In this document: positions 1-10,113 of the stretch, piece after piece
How positions within the stretch are numbered: the stretch's first letter is position 1
How the letters are laid out: each line of letters opens with the position of its first letter
DNA from: Candidatus Poribacteria bacterium
GTDB taxonomy: Bacteria; Poribacteria; WGA-4E; WGA-3G
Direction: 5' to 3'
NCBI GenBank assembly: GCA_965215265.1
Contig: OZ244048.1
Location: 3,360,001-3,424,000, forward strand
Length of the DNA: 64,000 nt
Made by a program: the position numbers and the translations under genes
The notes under the pieces: generated by a model
The model's input: only the letters and a program-made list of their open reading frames with translations
The model's database searches: none
Told to the model about the DNA's origin: nothing

Positions 1-12
1 GCATCCGGTGGT

Positions 13-393
13 ATGATAGATATTATCCAACCCACGACAACACCACCCGTAGAGCAACCCGTTGCGGTTGAGGAAGCGGACGTTGTTGAAGAGCCGGTGG
101 TTGAAGAGCCGCTGGTTTCGTTTAAGGACGATATTTCTCCCATCCTCCAAGAGCGATGCGCGATACCCGGATGCCACGTCGCGGGAGGTGCCGCAAATCT
201 AGACCTCAGTCAATATGACACCTTCAAAAAAGGTGGAAACGGTGGTCCTGCGTTTGTTGCAGGAGATGGTGATAAGAGCCTAGTTGTCAAACGCATTGAT
301 GGTGGCGGAATGCCGCCGATTCCACCTGCCTTAGACGAGGATCAGATCCAACTCTTCATTGATTGGATTAATGAAGGTGCCGAAGAAAACTAA
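13..393 (+). CDS. Planctomycete-type cytochrome c domain protein (probably 5'-truncated by the window edge)
   Basis: VSFKDDISPILQERCAIPGCH...GMPP...IDWINEGA matches the PSCyt1 pattern; heme motif is CX4CH; Pro/Glu-rich linker before the domain. Confidence 0.75.
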   Translation: MIDIIQPTTTPPVEQPVAVEEADVVEEPVVEEPLVSFKDDISPILQERCAIPGCHVAGGAANLDLSQYDTFKKGGNGGPAFVAGDGDKSLVVKRIDGGGMPPIPPALDEDQIQLFIDWINEGAEEN

Positions 394-673
394 ACATTCC
401 CGGTATCATAGCATTTTGTCATCTTTGTGTCAATACTAAAAAATTTTAATAACCTCGTAGATAGCAGACTTCTAAAGCTGCAAATCTACGGGGAGATAAA
501 AAATGATTAGATTGGCTGGAATTCTGGGTTGAGAGGAAAAAGGCACGGCTATAATACAGAGTAGGACAATGAGAAGGTTGGGAACCGGTGCTAAGTAAAC
601 TGGAACATTTCATGGATCTGGGCGACAAATTGCAAAGATGAAAAGACTCTGACGAGACTAGCTAAGGGATTTC

Positions 674-2617
674 ATGCCAAACCCTTCTGAGCGAGTTAAC
701 ATAGAAAAAAAACGAAAAAACGTCAGTGTCCGTGCGGTGCTGATCGCGCTCCTCTTCACTATTCCGAACTCTTATTGGCTGATGATTAACTGGGGTCCAT
801 CTGGTTATGGCAGCGGCCAGAGTTTTCCTACTGTATCCACAGTCTATTTTAATGTCATTTTTATCGTTTTGCTCCTGATGGGTCTGAACCCGCTGCTTCG
901 TACAATTCGGGGGCGCGCGAGCCTCAGCGATGGGGAATTGATGGTGGTGTATCTCCTCTTATCCATTGCATCTTCCATCGCTGGGCATGACACGCTTCAG
1001 ATACTGTGGCCGTTACTTACCTATCCTATATGGTTTGCTAGCCCGGAAAATGAGTGGGCAGAGCTGTTCCACCAGCACATGCCTGCGTGGTTGACGATTA
1101 AAGAGCGAGATGTCTTAGCAACATTTTATCAAGGCGACGACTCATTTCACACGTTTGAACACTTACAACTCTGGCTGACACCTGTGTTGTGGTGGTCTTC
1201 CCTGATTATTGTGTTAACGTTCATGATGCTTTGCATCACCCTCCTGATACGACACCAATGGGTGACACACGAAAAATTAAGTTATCCAGTCATCCAGATA
1301 CCGCTCCATCTGACAGAAAAAGGCGGCCGGGTGTTGCTTACAAATCGTCTGTTCCTGCTTGGTGCGGTTCTTGCCGGTGGCATGAATTTACTGAACGGGC
1401 TCCACTTTCTCTTTCCAAGTGTGCCGGGGTTAGGCGGCAGTCTCTACAATTTAGGACAGTACTTCCAGACGAAACCGCTGAATGCGATTGGCAGGCTTCC
1501 TATTGCTGTTTACCCGTTTGCAATTGGGATGAGTTTCTTTATCCCTTTGGAACTCTCGTTCTCCATTTGGTTTTTCTATCTTTTCCATAAAATGACGCGC
1601 GTGTGGGGTACTATGGCTGGTATTGGACACCTGCCGGGCTTCCCATTTCTCGATGCCCAATCTTTCGGGGCGTGGTTCTGTTTAGGCATCTCGGCGATCT
1701 GGCTGACTCGAAAGTTCATAGGGCACCAAGTGAAAAACGTCCTCGGTGGGCATGGTGGTGGAGGCGAAAGCAGCCGGTTTGCAAGTTTCGCCCTCATAGG
1801 GTTGTTATTGGGCAGTCTCTTTATCCTCTTTTTCTTCAAAAGTGCGGGTGCTTCAATACTGAGCACAATCGGTTATTTCACCCTCTTCTTTGCTTTAGCG
1901 GTTGCGATTACACGCATCCGGGCTGAAGTAGGACCGCCGGCGCACGACGTTCCATGGCGACCGGATAAGGTGCTGGTCTCCTTTTTTGGAACACGGCGCA
2001 TCGGAGCAGAAGGACTGACAGCGTTCAGCATGTTTCACGGATTCAATCGCTCCTATCGTTCCCACCCGATGCCGATTATATTAGAGGGATTTAAGGTTGC
2101 ACAGGTACGTGGTCTGGCACATAACCGTTTTGTATTTTCTATTATTTTAGTGACTATAGTGGGGACAATCTCTTCTGCGTGGGCATACTACGCACAAGGT
2201 TATCACTACGGAGGAGCGGTTTACGGTGAACAAGCACAATGCCGTTGGACTTACGAGCAGTTGAAGCAGTGGTTGATTAACCCACAATCTATAGATATTG
2301 GTGCCGTCTCTGCTTCCGGCGGTGCGATTGCGTTAACAACCCTTTTGATGGTGCTTCGCCGCCGGTTTATTTGGTGGCCATTCCATCCTGCCGGCTATGC
2401 CTTGTCGCTGAGTTTTTGGAATACGAGTTGGTATTGGTTCTCGATCTTTCTCTCTTGGGGGATAAAAGCGATACTCTTTCAAACTGGTGGTCTGCGTACT
2501 TATCGCCGTGCTATGCCGTTTTTTATCGGTCTTGTCATTGGCGAATTCATTGTCGGTGCAATATGGACGTTAATAGGCATCGCCTTGGAACGTCCGATGT
2601 ATCGATTTATGTTTTAA
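674..2617 (+). CDS. Polytopic membrane protein, DUF6785/DUF6784 (OPT-like putative peptide transporter) family
   Basis: 647 aa with many TM segments; motifs QWVTHEKLSYP, RIRAEVG, WWPFHPAGY, GGLRTYRRAMPFFIGLVIGE. Confidence 0.75.
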   Translation: MPNPSERVNIEKKRKNVSVRAVLIALLFTIPNSYWLMINWGPSGYGSGQSFPTVSTVYFNVIFIVLLLMGLNPLLRTIRGRASLSDGELMVVYLLLSIASSIAGHDTLQILWPLLTYPIWFASPENEWAELFHQHMPAWLTIKERDVLATFYQGDDSFHTFEHLQLWLTPVLWWSSLIIVLTFMMLCITLLIRHQWVTHEKLSYPVIQIPLHLTEKGGRVLLTNRLFLLGAVLAGGMNLLNGLHFLFPSVPGLGGSLYNLGQYFQTKPLNAIGRLPIAVYPFAIGMSFFIPLELSFSIWFFYLFHKMTRVWGTMAGIGHLPGFPFLDAQSFGAWFCLGISAIWLTRKFIGHQVKNVLGGHGGGGESSRFASFALIGLLLGSLFILFFFKSAGASILSTIGYFTLFFALAVAITRIRAEVGPPAHDVPWRPDKVLVSFFGTRRIGAEGLTAFSMFHGFNRSYRSHPMPIILEGFKVAQVRGLAHNRFVFSIILVTIVGTISSAWAYYAQGYHYGGAVYGEQAQCRWTYEQLKQWLINPQSIDIGAVSASGGAIALTTLLMVLRRRFIWWPFHPAGYALSLSFWNTSWYWFSIFLSWGIKAILFQTGGLRTYRRAMPFFIGLVIGEFIVGAIWTLIGIALERPMYRFMF

Positions 2618-2791
2618 TAAAAGAACGTTACCGTGCCAAACCGTAAGATAACGCAATAGCTATTGAAAGTTGACGAAAACGTGTTGGATACGGTAAAATG
2701 TAACTCATGGAAGTTAACGCAACTGTGCGCCACAATTCTATTCTTCAGATTAGAGATGTAGGTAGCGCGTAAATTTGATGAAATTTTTCTG

Positions 2792-3463
2792 ATGTGGTAT
2801 ACCAATAATCAATTCTGGACTCCCCGCCCTTTGTATCGGTGGGGGCATAGACTGACGACGCTCTTCTGTAAGAGCATGGGCCATCTTGAAGCGCGAGGGG
2901 TTCAATACATTCCGCGCGAAGGCGGTGTGCTGCTTGTTTCAAACCATGTCAGTCTACTGGACCCGGTTATCGTTGGCTCTGCTGTAAACCGCGAGGTCCA
3001 CTACATGGCACGGAGCAACGTTTTTAAGGTTCCGGGTTTGGGGAAACTGATTTCGGCATATAATGCCTATCCTGTAAATCGAGGTGCTCCGGATTTAGGG
3101 GCGTTGCGGCGGACTATCTCGCTACTGAAAGCCGGCAACGTAGTGCTTATCTTTCCGGAAGGGACCCGTAGTGTTGATGGGACGTTAGGAAAGGCACATG
3201 ACGGTGTCTGCTTTATTGTGCACCGAGCCGGTGTACCGACGTTACCTATTTTTCACAGCGGGGCAGAACGCATGTTGCGTCGAGGCAGCAAATCTCTTCG
3301 TCGCGCTAAGCTCACCGTAACCGTGGGAGAGCCTATTGAGTTTACCGGACTGGATAAGTTTGACGTGAAACGCGAACTATATCAACACATGGGCATCGAG
3401 ATAATGCAAGCCATTGCTGAACTCAGAGATAAGAGGCACGAACGTCTATCTGAACCGGTTTGA
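2792..3463 (+). CDS. plsC: 1-acyl-sn-glycerol-3-phosphate (lysophospholipid) acyltransferase
   Basis: NHVSLLD (HX4D) and IFPEGTRS motifs. Confidence 0.88.
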   Translation: MWYTNNQFWTPRPLYRWGHRLTTLFCKSMGHLEARGVQYIPREGGVLLVSNHVSLLDPVIVGSAVNREVHYMARSNVFKVPGLGKLISAYNAYPVNRGAPDLGALRRTISLLKAGNVVLIFPEGTRSVDGTLGKAHDGVCFIVHRAGVPTLPIFHSGAERMLRRGSKSLRRAKLTVTVGEPIEFTGLDKFDVKRELYQHMGIEIMQAIAELRDKRHERLSEPV

Positions 3464-3650
3464 CCTTTTTGTCAAGAAGCAACTCCGGTGCCGATACGCC
3501 ATCCGTCGCTCACCTGGGATGAACACATTGATTATACGAGAGCCCAATATCATCTTTGGCCAGATGCCATAACCAAGAAAACGCTTGAGATTTTCTTGGA
3601 GAAAAGAGCCTCTGAGTATCCAAGAAACACGCAAATTGTGAGGTGAACTC

Positions 3651-4011
3651 ATGAAAACTTTGAACACTTTCCTTGTTTTTTTATGTTCATGACCGCGTTA
3701 TCTAGTTGTGGTGTGAAGCACGTCAATGCACCGCACCCCTCCAAAACACGACTCCCGTCGGTGAGAAAGAAGAACAGGATGCCCCTAAAGAAGATTTCAT
3801 CATCGGGTTCAATCCATTCAAGGATGACCCGGACAATCCGAGCCCGCACAACCGCCTTGTCAGCAAGTTCGGAGATATTCCAGAAGTCCGCACCTACATA
3901 AGGTATAAGCAAAAACTCCGGCACGGACACGAACTTAACATTGATAAAGTAATAGAATTCTATACTGCAGAAGTCTACCTCTATCGGACATCTGCCGCAA
4001 AGGCGATATAA
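3651..4011 (+). pseudogene. Frameshifted lipoprotein-like gene remnant (FGDIPEV family)
   Basis: GAGG RBS then ATG at 3651 (MKTLNTFLVF, stops early); a second frame has MFMTALSSC (lipobox-like); a third frame has KFGDIPEVRTYIRY; two frameshifts are needed, the first at a T7 run. Confidence 0.5.
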
Positions 4012-4122
4012 AAAACGTTCAAAAAAGACAAAGAGCTATACATACGACTGGGAATCTCAATGGATGGACTGGATAGGGTGCCGAGGAGGTTTGCCATAAC
4101 TAACCCGGCGAACATTGTTCGG

Positions 4123-5220
4123 TTAGGAGGATGTCGGATTCGCTAAAATAGACACCGTATCGCCCTCTTGGATCTGATATGTTTTCCCTTCTACTCGCAG
4201 CTGCCCTTTACTTCGTGCGTGCCTGAAACCGCCACACGCAACTAATTCGCTACAGTTGATAATCTCTGCCCGCACGAAACCGCGTTCAAAATCTGTATGG
4301 ATAGTGCCTGCCGCGTCGACAGCGGTTTGCCCGTGCCGCAGCGTCCATGCTTTAACTTCGTTCGTGTTCCCTGTAAAAAATGTGATTAATCCGAGGAGCC
4401 GATAGGATGCTTGTATAAACCGCGTTACTGCAGATTCGCCTAACCCCATTTCAGTCATAAACACCTTTGCATCGGCTGGATCGAGTTGTGCGATTTCCAT
4501 TTCCAATTGCGCTGCCAGCACAAAAACCGCGGTGCCTGGGGAACGCTCGTATTCAGAGAACCGCTTCACAATTTCATCCATTGTGTCTAGTTGTGATTCC
4601 CCTATATTACAGATGAGCATTAACGGCTTTTGCGTTAAGAAGCCATAACCGCGTATCAATTTTTCCTCATTATCAGAGAGGGTTATAGCGCGGAGAGGTG
4701 TTCCGGCTTCTAAAGTCTGCTTACACTGTTCTAAAACCCGGAGCTCAGTTTCGTGTTCGGGGGATTTCTGGCTCTGTATTAACTTACGGAGCCTGGCGAG
4801 TCTGCTTTCAATCACTTGCAGATCAGCAAATGTTAACTCAAGTCCAACGTTTTCAATATCGCGTTCTGGGTTGACGCTACCGTCAACGTGTGGAACCGTT
4901 TCATCTTCGAATATCCTGACGACATGGGCGAGTGCATCAACTGTACGAAGGCTCGCCAGAATTCCGGCATCTAATTCTGCTTGTGCTGTATCCGTTTGGG
5001 TTACGCCTGCGACATCTATATAGTCTATTGTCGCGGGTGTGACTTTTTTCGGTTGGAGTACCTCTGCTAAGCGTATCAAACGTTCGTCTGGGACGTTAAT
5101 GGTACAGCGGTTTGTCTCAGAACGTCCTGTATATCCTCCTATTTCCGCTGTGGCATGCCCAAGTGCATTGAAAACGGTGGTTTTACCAACGTGAGGTCTG
5201 CCTACAATGCCTATTTTCAT
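4123..5220 (-). CDS. ychF: Redox-regulated ATPase YchF (Obg-like)
   Basis: GIVGRPHVGKTT, DVAG, LTQKP, AGTIHTDFERGFVRAE, EGKTYQIQEGD. Confidence 0.93.
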   Translation of the reverse strand: MKIGIVGRPHVGKTTVFNALGHATAEIGGYTGRSETNRCTINVPDERLIRLAEVLQPKKVTPATIDYIDVAGVTQTDTAQAELDAGILASLRTVDALAHVVRIFEDETVPHVDGSVNPERDIENVGLELTFADLQVIESRLARLRKLIQSQKSPEHETELRVLEQCKQTLEAGTPLRAITLSDNEEKLIRGYGFLTQKPLMLICNIGESQLDTMDEIVKRFSEYERSPGTAVFVLAAQLEMEIAQLDPADAKVFMTEMGLGESAVTRFIQASYRLLGLITFFTGNTNEVKAWTLRHGQTAVDAAGTIHTDFERGFVRAEIINCSELVACGGFRHARSKGQLRVEGKTYQIQEGDTVSILANPTSS

Positions 5221-5370
5221 ATTTTATTTTTATCCAGTTTTGGTTAGGGTTTTTGCAGTGGGTGAAAATTCTGTCCTTGTGATGAGGACAACGGCCTTTT
5301 GGAAAAACGGGCTCGTGAAGAGGGACTCATGTTCAAAACAGACATATTTTGAGTTCTAATAGAAAAAAAA

Positions 5371-5399
5371 TTGACAAGTTTACCATAAAATGATAAACT
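5371..5399 (+). promoter_or_regulatory. Sigma70-type promoter
   Basis: TTGACA-17 bp-TAAACT with extended -10 TG, and an A-tract upstream. Confidence 0.65.
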
Positions 5400-5537
5400 A
5401 AATAACTAAAGTCGGATTTCCTAAACTATAGTGGGTAGCAGTGCGCAGAATGCACGCTTACCAGCAGAGAGGCAAAGTATGGAAATGCTCTATTTTCATA
5501 CGCTCTCCGTGAATTACAACTGAGAGGTGAATCCAAG

Positions 5538-5927
5538 ATGACTAACCAGAGCCCGAAATGGACTAACTACATCAGTAAGGCTTTGATTATTATTTTAATA
5601 TTTATGGTTTGTCTCGCCATTTTGCAATGGTTTATCATCAAAGAGTTATTCAGTTTTGGGGCAGAGATGGTGAAAGACTCATTGACTAAACAAGCCCCTG
5701 AAGGCGTTGACCGTGCCTATATTCACCAGACGTTTCAACGCGTTAAAATCGCCGGGCAGCAGCTGCCGTTTAGCTTCATCACTGGGAGAATTAGTCTCCG
5801 AAAAATTAGAGAGGTTGGCGAATACGCAATCGCAGCCAACGCTGATGAGTCGTGGGATGCAGAAGAAATTAACACTCTCCTTCGGATGATGAATGCTTCT
5901 GTCGGGTTTAAAGGAGCAACAGAGTAA
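5538..5927 (+). CDS. Hypothetical protein with N-terminal TM anchor
   Basis: GAGGTGA RBS, N-terminal hydrophobic helix, 129 aa. Confidence 0.65.
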   Translation: MTNQSPKWTNYISKALIIILIFMVCLAILQWFIIKELFSFGAEMVKDSLTKQAPEGVDRAYIHQTFQRVKIAGQQLPFSFITGRISLRKIREVGEYAIAANADESWDAEEINTLLRMMNASVGFKGATE

Positions 5928-5931
5928 CACG

Positions 5932-6690
5932 ATGCCGATGGAACTCACCCCCCCTTATGAAAGGTTTGCATACGCCTACGATAGGATGATGACAAACGTC
6001 AATTACACGCGTTGGGCCCTCTATATTGAATCGATTTTCGATAAGTACGATTGTAAACCTCGCCGCATCTTGGATGTGGCTTGTGGTACAGGAGCCTTGA
6101 CGCTCCTGTTAGCGTCAAAAGGCTATGAGATGACCGGCATTGATAGAGCAAGCGGCATGCTTGAGATTGCACGCGAAAAAGCAGAAATGGCGAACCTGCA
6201 GATCAAATTCCAGCAGGGCGACATGCTCGACTTCCAGTTAAACCAGCAATTTGATGCAATCCTCTGTACCTATGATAGTATTAACTATGCTCGCGATGAA
6301 GATGAGTTAAGCGGCGTGTTCCAAACTGTTTCTGAGCATTTAGCCCCCGATGGGCTGTTTACCTTTGACGTGACAACTGAGCGAAACATCGTGGAACATT
6401 TTCATAATAGGACCTTCTCCGAAAATCACGAGGACTATACCTACATTTGGAAAAATAGTTACTTTCATCACTCGAAAATCTGCACAACCCGTCTGACCTT
6501 TTTCATCCGGGAAGGCGAGTCGTTTCGTCGGTTTGAAGAGATTCATCAGCAGAAAATGTTTGACGTAAGTACTGTCGAAGCACTGCTCAAAGCGTCCGGT
6601 TATAAACCATTAAGTGCTTACGATATGTATACGTTCAACAAGTGGAACCGCTATTCAGATCGGATTAATTTTACTGCCCGGCTGATATGA
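5932..6690 (+). CDS. Class I SAM-dependent methyltransferase (Methyltransf_25 type)
   Basis: ILDVACGTG motif I, GIDRASGML, QGDM, YDSINY; start moved to the ATG after the upstream stop. Confidence 0.85.
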   Translation: MPMELTPPYERFAYAYDRMMTNVNYTRWALYIESIFDKYDCKPRRILDVACGTGALTLLLASKGYEMTGIDRASGMLEIAREKAEMANLQIKFQQGDMLDFQLNQQFDAILCTYDSINYARDEDELSGVFQTVSEHLAPDGLFTFDVTTERNIVEHFHNRTFSENHEDYTYIWKNSYFHHSKICTTRLTFFIREGESFRRFEEIHQQKMFDVSTVEALLKASGYKPLSAYDMYTFNKWNRYSDRINFTARLI

Positions 6691-6747
6691 GCATCAGGCC
6701 CTGCGAGTTTAGAATTCCGGTCAAGTTTCAGTCACGAGGAGAAAAAA

Positions 6748-7800
6748 TTAGAGTGTTTCGGCAATCATATCTCCGACTTGTTCTGTGGTGTAGCCCATTT
6801 TGCCTGCACCCAGGTTTTTAATCTTCCCACTGGCAAGCAGGTTACTTATAGATTTTTCAACAGCTGCAGCGGATTCTGTCTGCCCAAGATGATCTAGCAT
6901 CATCCCTGCTGCTCCAATTGCAGCGATAGGGTTAATCTGATTTTTGCCGGTATAGCGTGGTGCGGAACCGTGGATGGGTTCAAACATCGCTACACTCTCT
7001 GGGTTCAAATTGCCGGATGCAGCAATTCCCATACCGCCCTGAATCATTGCGCCAAGGTCTGTTATAATGTCGCCAAACATATTACATGTCACGATGACAT
7101 CAAACCACTCTGGATTTTTGACCATCCACATCGTTGTAGCATCAACGAGCGTATGTTCTTTCTTAATATCAGGGTAATCTTGACCGACCTCGGCAAAGAC
7201 GCGCTGCCACAAGTCGTGTGCGTAGGTAAGGACATTACACTTATCACAGAGTGTCAACGTATTTTGCTCGTCGCGCTTCCGAGTGAATTCAAAAGCATAG
7301 CGAATACACCGCTCTACCCCTTTGTAGGTGTTAATCATTTCTTGGATTGCGACTTCATCGTGGGTACCACGTTTCAAAAATCCACCGATACCGGCGTATA
7401 ACCCCTCGGTATTTTCGCGAACGATAACGAAATCGATCTCCTCGGGGCCTTTGTCTTTAAGTGGCGTAGGTACGCCCGGATAGAGTTTCACAGGCCGTAA
7501 ATTGATGTAGAGATCCAGTTCGAACCGGACCTTTAGCAGAATGCCTTTCTCTAATATACCGGGTTTAACATCCGGATGCCCGATGGCTCCGAGATAGATA
7601 GCATCAAGATCTCGGAGTTCTTCTAAAACAGAGTTCGGTAGTACTTCGCCGGTTGCGAGGTACCGGTCGCCGCCGACATCGTATTCAACTGTTTCATATT
7701 GGAAATCTGCCTTGTCAGCTGCGGCCCCGAAGACTTTCATTGCTTCGCGTGTTACTTCGGGGCCGATTCCATCGCCAGGGATGAGGCCGATTTTATACAT
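6748..7800 (-). CDS. leuB: 3-isopropylmalate dehydrogenase
   Basis: [37 protein letters not shown]; GGAGG RBS before ATG 7800. Confidence 0.88.
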   Translation of the reverse strand: MYKIGLIPGDGIGPEVTREAMKVFGAAADKADFQYETVEYDVGGDRYLATGEVLPNSVLEELRDLDAIYLGAIGHPDVKPGILEKGILLKVRFELDLYINLRPVKLYPGVPTPLKDKGPEEIDFVIVRENTEGLYAGIGGFLKRGTHDEVAIQEMINTYKGVERCIRYAFEFTRKRDEQNTLTLCDKCNVLTYAHDLWQRVFAEVGQDYPDIKKEHTLVDATTMWMVKNPEWFDVIVTCNMFGDIITDLGAMIQGGMGIAASGNLNPESVAMFEPIHGSAPRYTGKNQINPIAAIGAAGMMLDHLGQTESAAAVEKSISNLLASGKIKNLGAGKMGYTTEQVGDMIAETL

Positions 7801-8067
7801 GGTTGTCCTCCAAAAGTCATTTTTGTCTGCCTGCCGCATCACGCACAACAGGCTTCAATTTTAGATTCTTTATATTTTACCACATTTGGCGGTATATTGC
7901 AAATAGGGACGCAGAGAAATCAGATTGATAAGTCGGCAAGGCTAGGGCAAAGTTCAAATCTATAGATTGAGAAAACAGAGTGATTCCAAGGATTTTTCTT
8001 CTTAAAAAAGGGCAAAGCTGCTATAATACCTTCATCTGAAGATTGAAACAACCGTTGAGGAAAGAAT

Positions 8068-9111
8068 TTGATAAACGAAACGCGCCTAAAAACAGTTCTG
8101 AACAAATTTCGAGCCCTCAAACTACTTGTCATCGGGGATTTTTACCTTGATGCATACTGGTACATAGATAAAACGCGCTCGAGTCTCTCGCTGGAGACAC
8201 CTTGGCATACCAACCCTGTTGTCGCACAACGTTATAGCCCTGGGGCGGCGGGCACCGTCACAAATAACCTGAACGCATTAGGGGTAGGCAAGCTCTATAC
8301 ATTAGGTGTTATCGGGATAGATGGATTTGGACGGACTCTCCTGAGTTGCTTAAAAGAAAATGGCTGTACTACAGACTTTATGGTGCAGGCATCGAAATGG
8401 GTGACACCTACCTATCTCAAACCGATCCATCGTGGCTATGAAGGTGCGGAAACCGAGGGCCCGCGGTTTGATATTGAGAACCAAGCTCCGATGGCTGAAG
8501 CCATAGAGACCTCCGTAATCGATGCACTACAAGAATGTTTACCGCTTGTTGATGGGGTAATTATCGGAGATCAGACACCGCATGAGAACTTGGGGGTTAT
8601 TACCAACAACGTGAGAGAAGAGCTCTGCCGCCTCTCCCGGAAACACCGGGAAAAAATCTTTTTCGCTGATTCCCGTACGCGGATTGGTAGGTACCGAGAC
8701 GTTATCATTAAACCCAACCGATTTGAGGCGAAACGTTCTGTTGAACCTTTGTGGGAAGGAAGAGATGTTAGCAGAGAAGCGGCAGCAGATTGCGCGCGAG
8801 CCCTTGCACGACAAACGAAGAATACCGTATACGTTACACTTGGTGAAGATGGCATTCTTGTCTGCTATCAGGGCAAGTTGACGCACGTCCCCGGCATTCG
8901 GCTTGATTGCGAAACCGATCCGGTAGGTGCAGGGGACAGCGTTTCTGCTGGACTCGTTTCGACGCTCTGTACTCTCGGTGTAGAATCGGCGATTGAGGCA
9001 GCGTACATCGGAAATCTGGTTGCGTCAATTACCGTCACAAAACTTGGAAGCACCGGCATTGCATCTCCTGAAGAAATCCTCCAACGCCATCGGAGTTATA
9101 TAAACCCATGA
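8068..9111 (+). CDS. PfkB-family sugar kinase, RfaE/HldE kinase-domain-like
   Basis: LVIGDFYLDAY, PGAAGTV, IKPNRFEA, DPVGAGD PfkB signature; no adenylyltransferase domain. Confidence 0.8.
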   Translation: MINETRLKTVLNKFRALKLLVIGDFYLDAYWYIDKTRSSLSLETPWHTNPVVAQRYSPGAAGTVTNNLNALGVGKLYTLGVIGIDGFGRTLLSCLKENGCTTDFMVQASKWVTPTYLKPIHRGYEGAETEGPRFDIENQAPMAEAIETSVIDALQECLPLVDGVIIGDQTPHENLGVITNNVREELCRLSRKHREKIFFADSRTRIGRYRDVIIKPNRFEAKRSVEPLWEGRDVSREAAADCARALARQTKNTVYVTLGEDGILVCYQGKLTHVPGIRLDCETDPVGAGDSVSAGLVSTLCTLGVESAIEAAYIGNLVASITVTKLGSTGIASPEEILQRHRSYINP

Positions 9112-9881
9112 ACGTTTTTGATGCGATTAGACAACGACGTAGCCATCGCGGTAAATTTCATGAACGCGCCATTGATGAGAACGACCTCGGCAAGTTAATT
9201 GAAGCAGCTCAATGGGCACCTTCACCGTTTAATGTTCAACCGTGGGAACTGCTCATTATTCGGGAAGCTAAAGGAAAAGCGCAGCTCGCGAATCTTACAG
9301 AACAGGCTATTGTCGCCCAATTCAAGGATGCCAAGTTTCTGGATGATAATAGCCGGTGGATACGTCTCACCGAAACCGAATGGCAGAAGAATCAGGATGG
9401 TGTGCTCCTCAGCGAACATGTCACGTTGCCCAAGTTCCTTCAAGATTCTCCGGAGAAGCTAAGACTGCTGCTAAAAAATGCAAAATCCTTGACGGTTTTA
9501 GGACATTTAGGCGCAGGAAAAATGCCTGCGAGAGAAATTGCAGAACAGGTTCGCAACGCGCCAATGCTCATGCTTGTTACCATGAATTGCGAGCGGCATC
9601 CCCCGGGTGAAGGTGCTACCCGCTGGATGTGGCTCAGCATCGGGATGTTGATTCAGAACCTGCTGCTCTCTGCCACTGCACTCGGTATTGGGGTTCAGTT
9701 TATAAGCGCGCCTTTAGAAAGCACAGCACACCGCGATAAAATCCGTCAGTTTTTCAATATGCCTGCATCTCACGAAGTGATGACGCTGCTAAGGCTCGGC
9801 TACACTGGTGAAGACAGACGGCAGTCTGTTAGATTAAATCCATCAGCATTTGTGCATTTCGAGAAACGAAGTAGCATGTAG
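9108..9881 (+). CDS. Nitroreductase family protein
   Basis: RRSHR, AQWAPSPFNVQPW, IQNLLLSATALGIG; ATGA overlap with the upstream gene. Confidence 0.87.
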   Translation: MNVFDAIRQRRSHRGKFHERAIDENDLGKLIEAAQWAPSPFNVQPWELLIIREAKGKAQLANLTEQAIVAQFKDAKFLDDNSRWIRLTETEWQKNQDGVLLSEHVTLPKFLQDSPEKLRLLLKNAKSLTVLGHLGAGKMPAREIAEQVRNAPMLMLVTMNCERHPPGEGATRWMWLSIGMLIQNLLLSATALGIGVQFISAPLESTAHRDKIRQFFNMPASHEVMTLLRLGYTGEDRRQSVRLNPSAFVHFEKRSSM

Positions 9882-9930
9882 TTATCCCAATATACGGTTA
9901 AGGTAGTGTAAACAGCCTAGCTTTGAACGA

Positions 9931-10044
9931 TTATTGATTTTGCAACAATTCTTTCAACGCTGCTTTCTTCTTTTTCAACCGCCGTTTCTGACGGTGGCGG
10001 ATTTGGGTCCGACGCCGGACCTGGCCGCTTTTACTGCGTGGCAT
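9931..10044 (-). CDS. Small very basic protein, 37 aa (MPRSKSGQVRRRTQIRHRQKRRLKKKKAALKELLQNQ)
   Basis: Translated by hand; strong AAAGGAGG RBS just upstream; below the ORF-track cutoff. Confidence 0.65.
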   Translation of the reverse strand: MPRSKSGQVRRRTQIRHRQKRRLKKKKAALKELLQNQ

Positions 10045-10113
10045 AGCATTCCCTCCTTTCTTGTCCTCGCGGTGGGCAGAATGTCTCCTTTTTCATGAAG
10101 ACCTCCGTGACAG

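Noticed and set aside
5948-5954. C7 tract near the 5' end of a methyltransferase as a phase-variation site
   Set aside because: In frame and short enough to occur by chance
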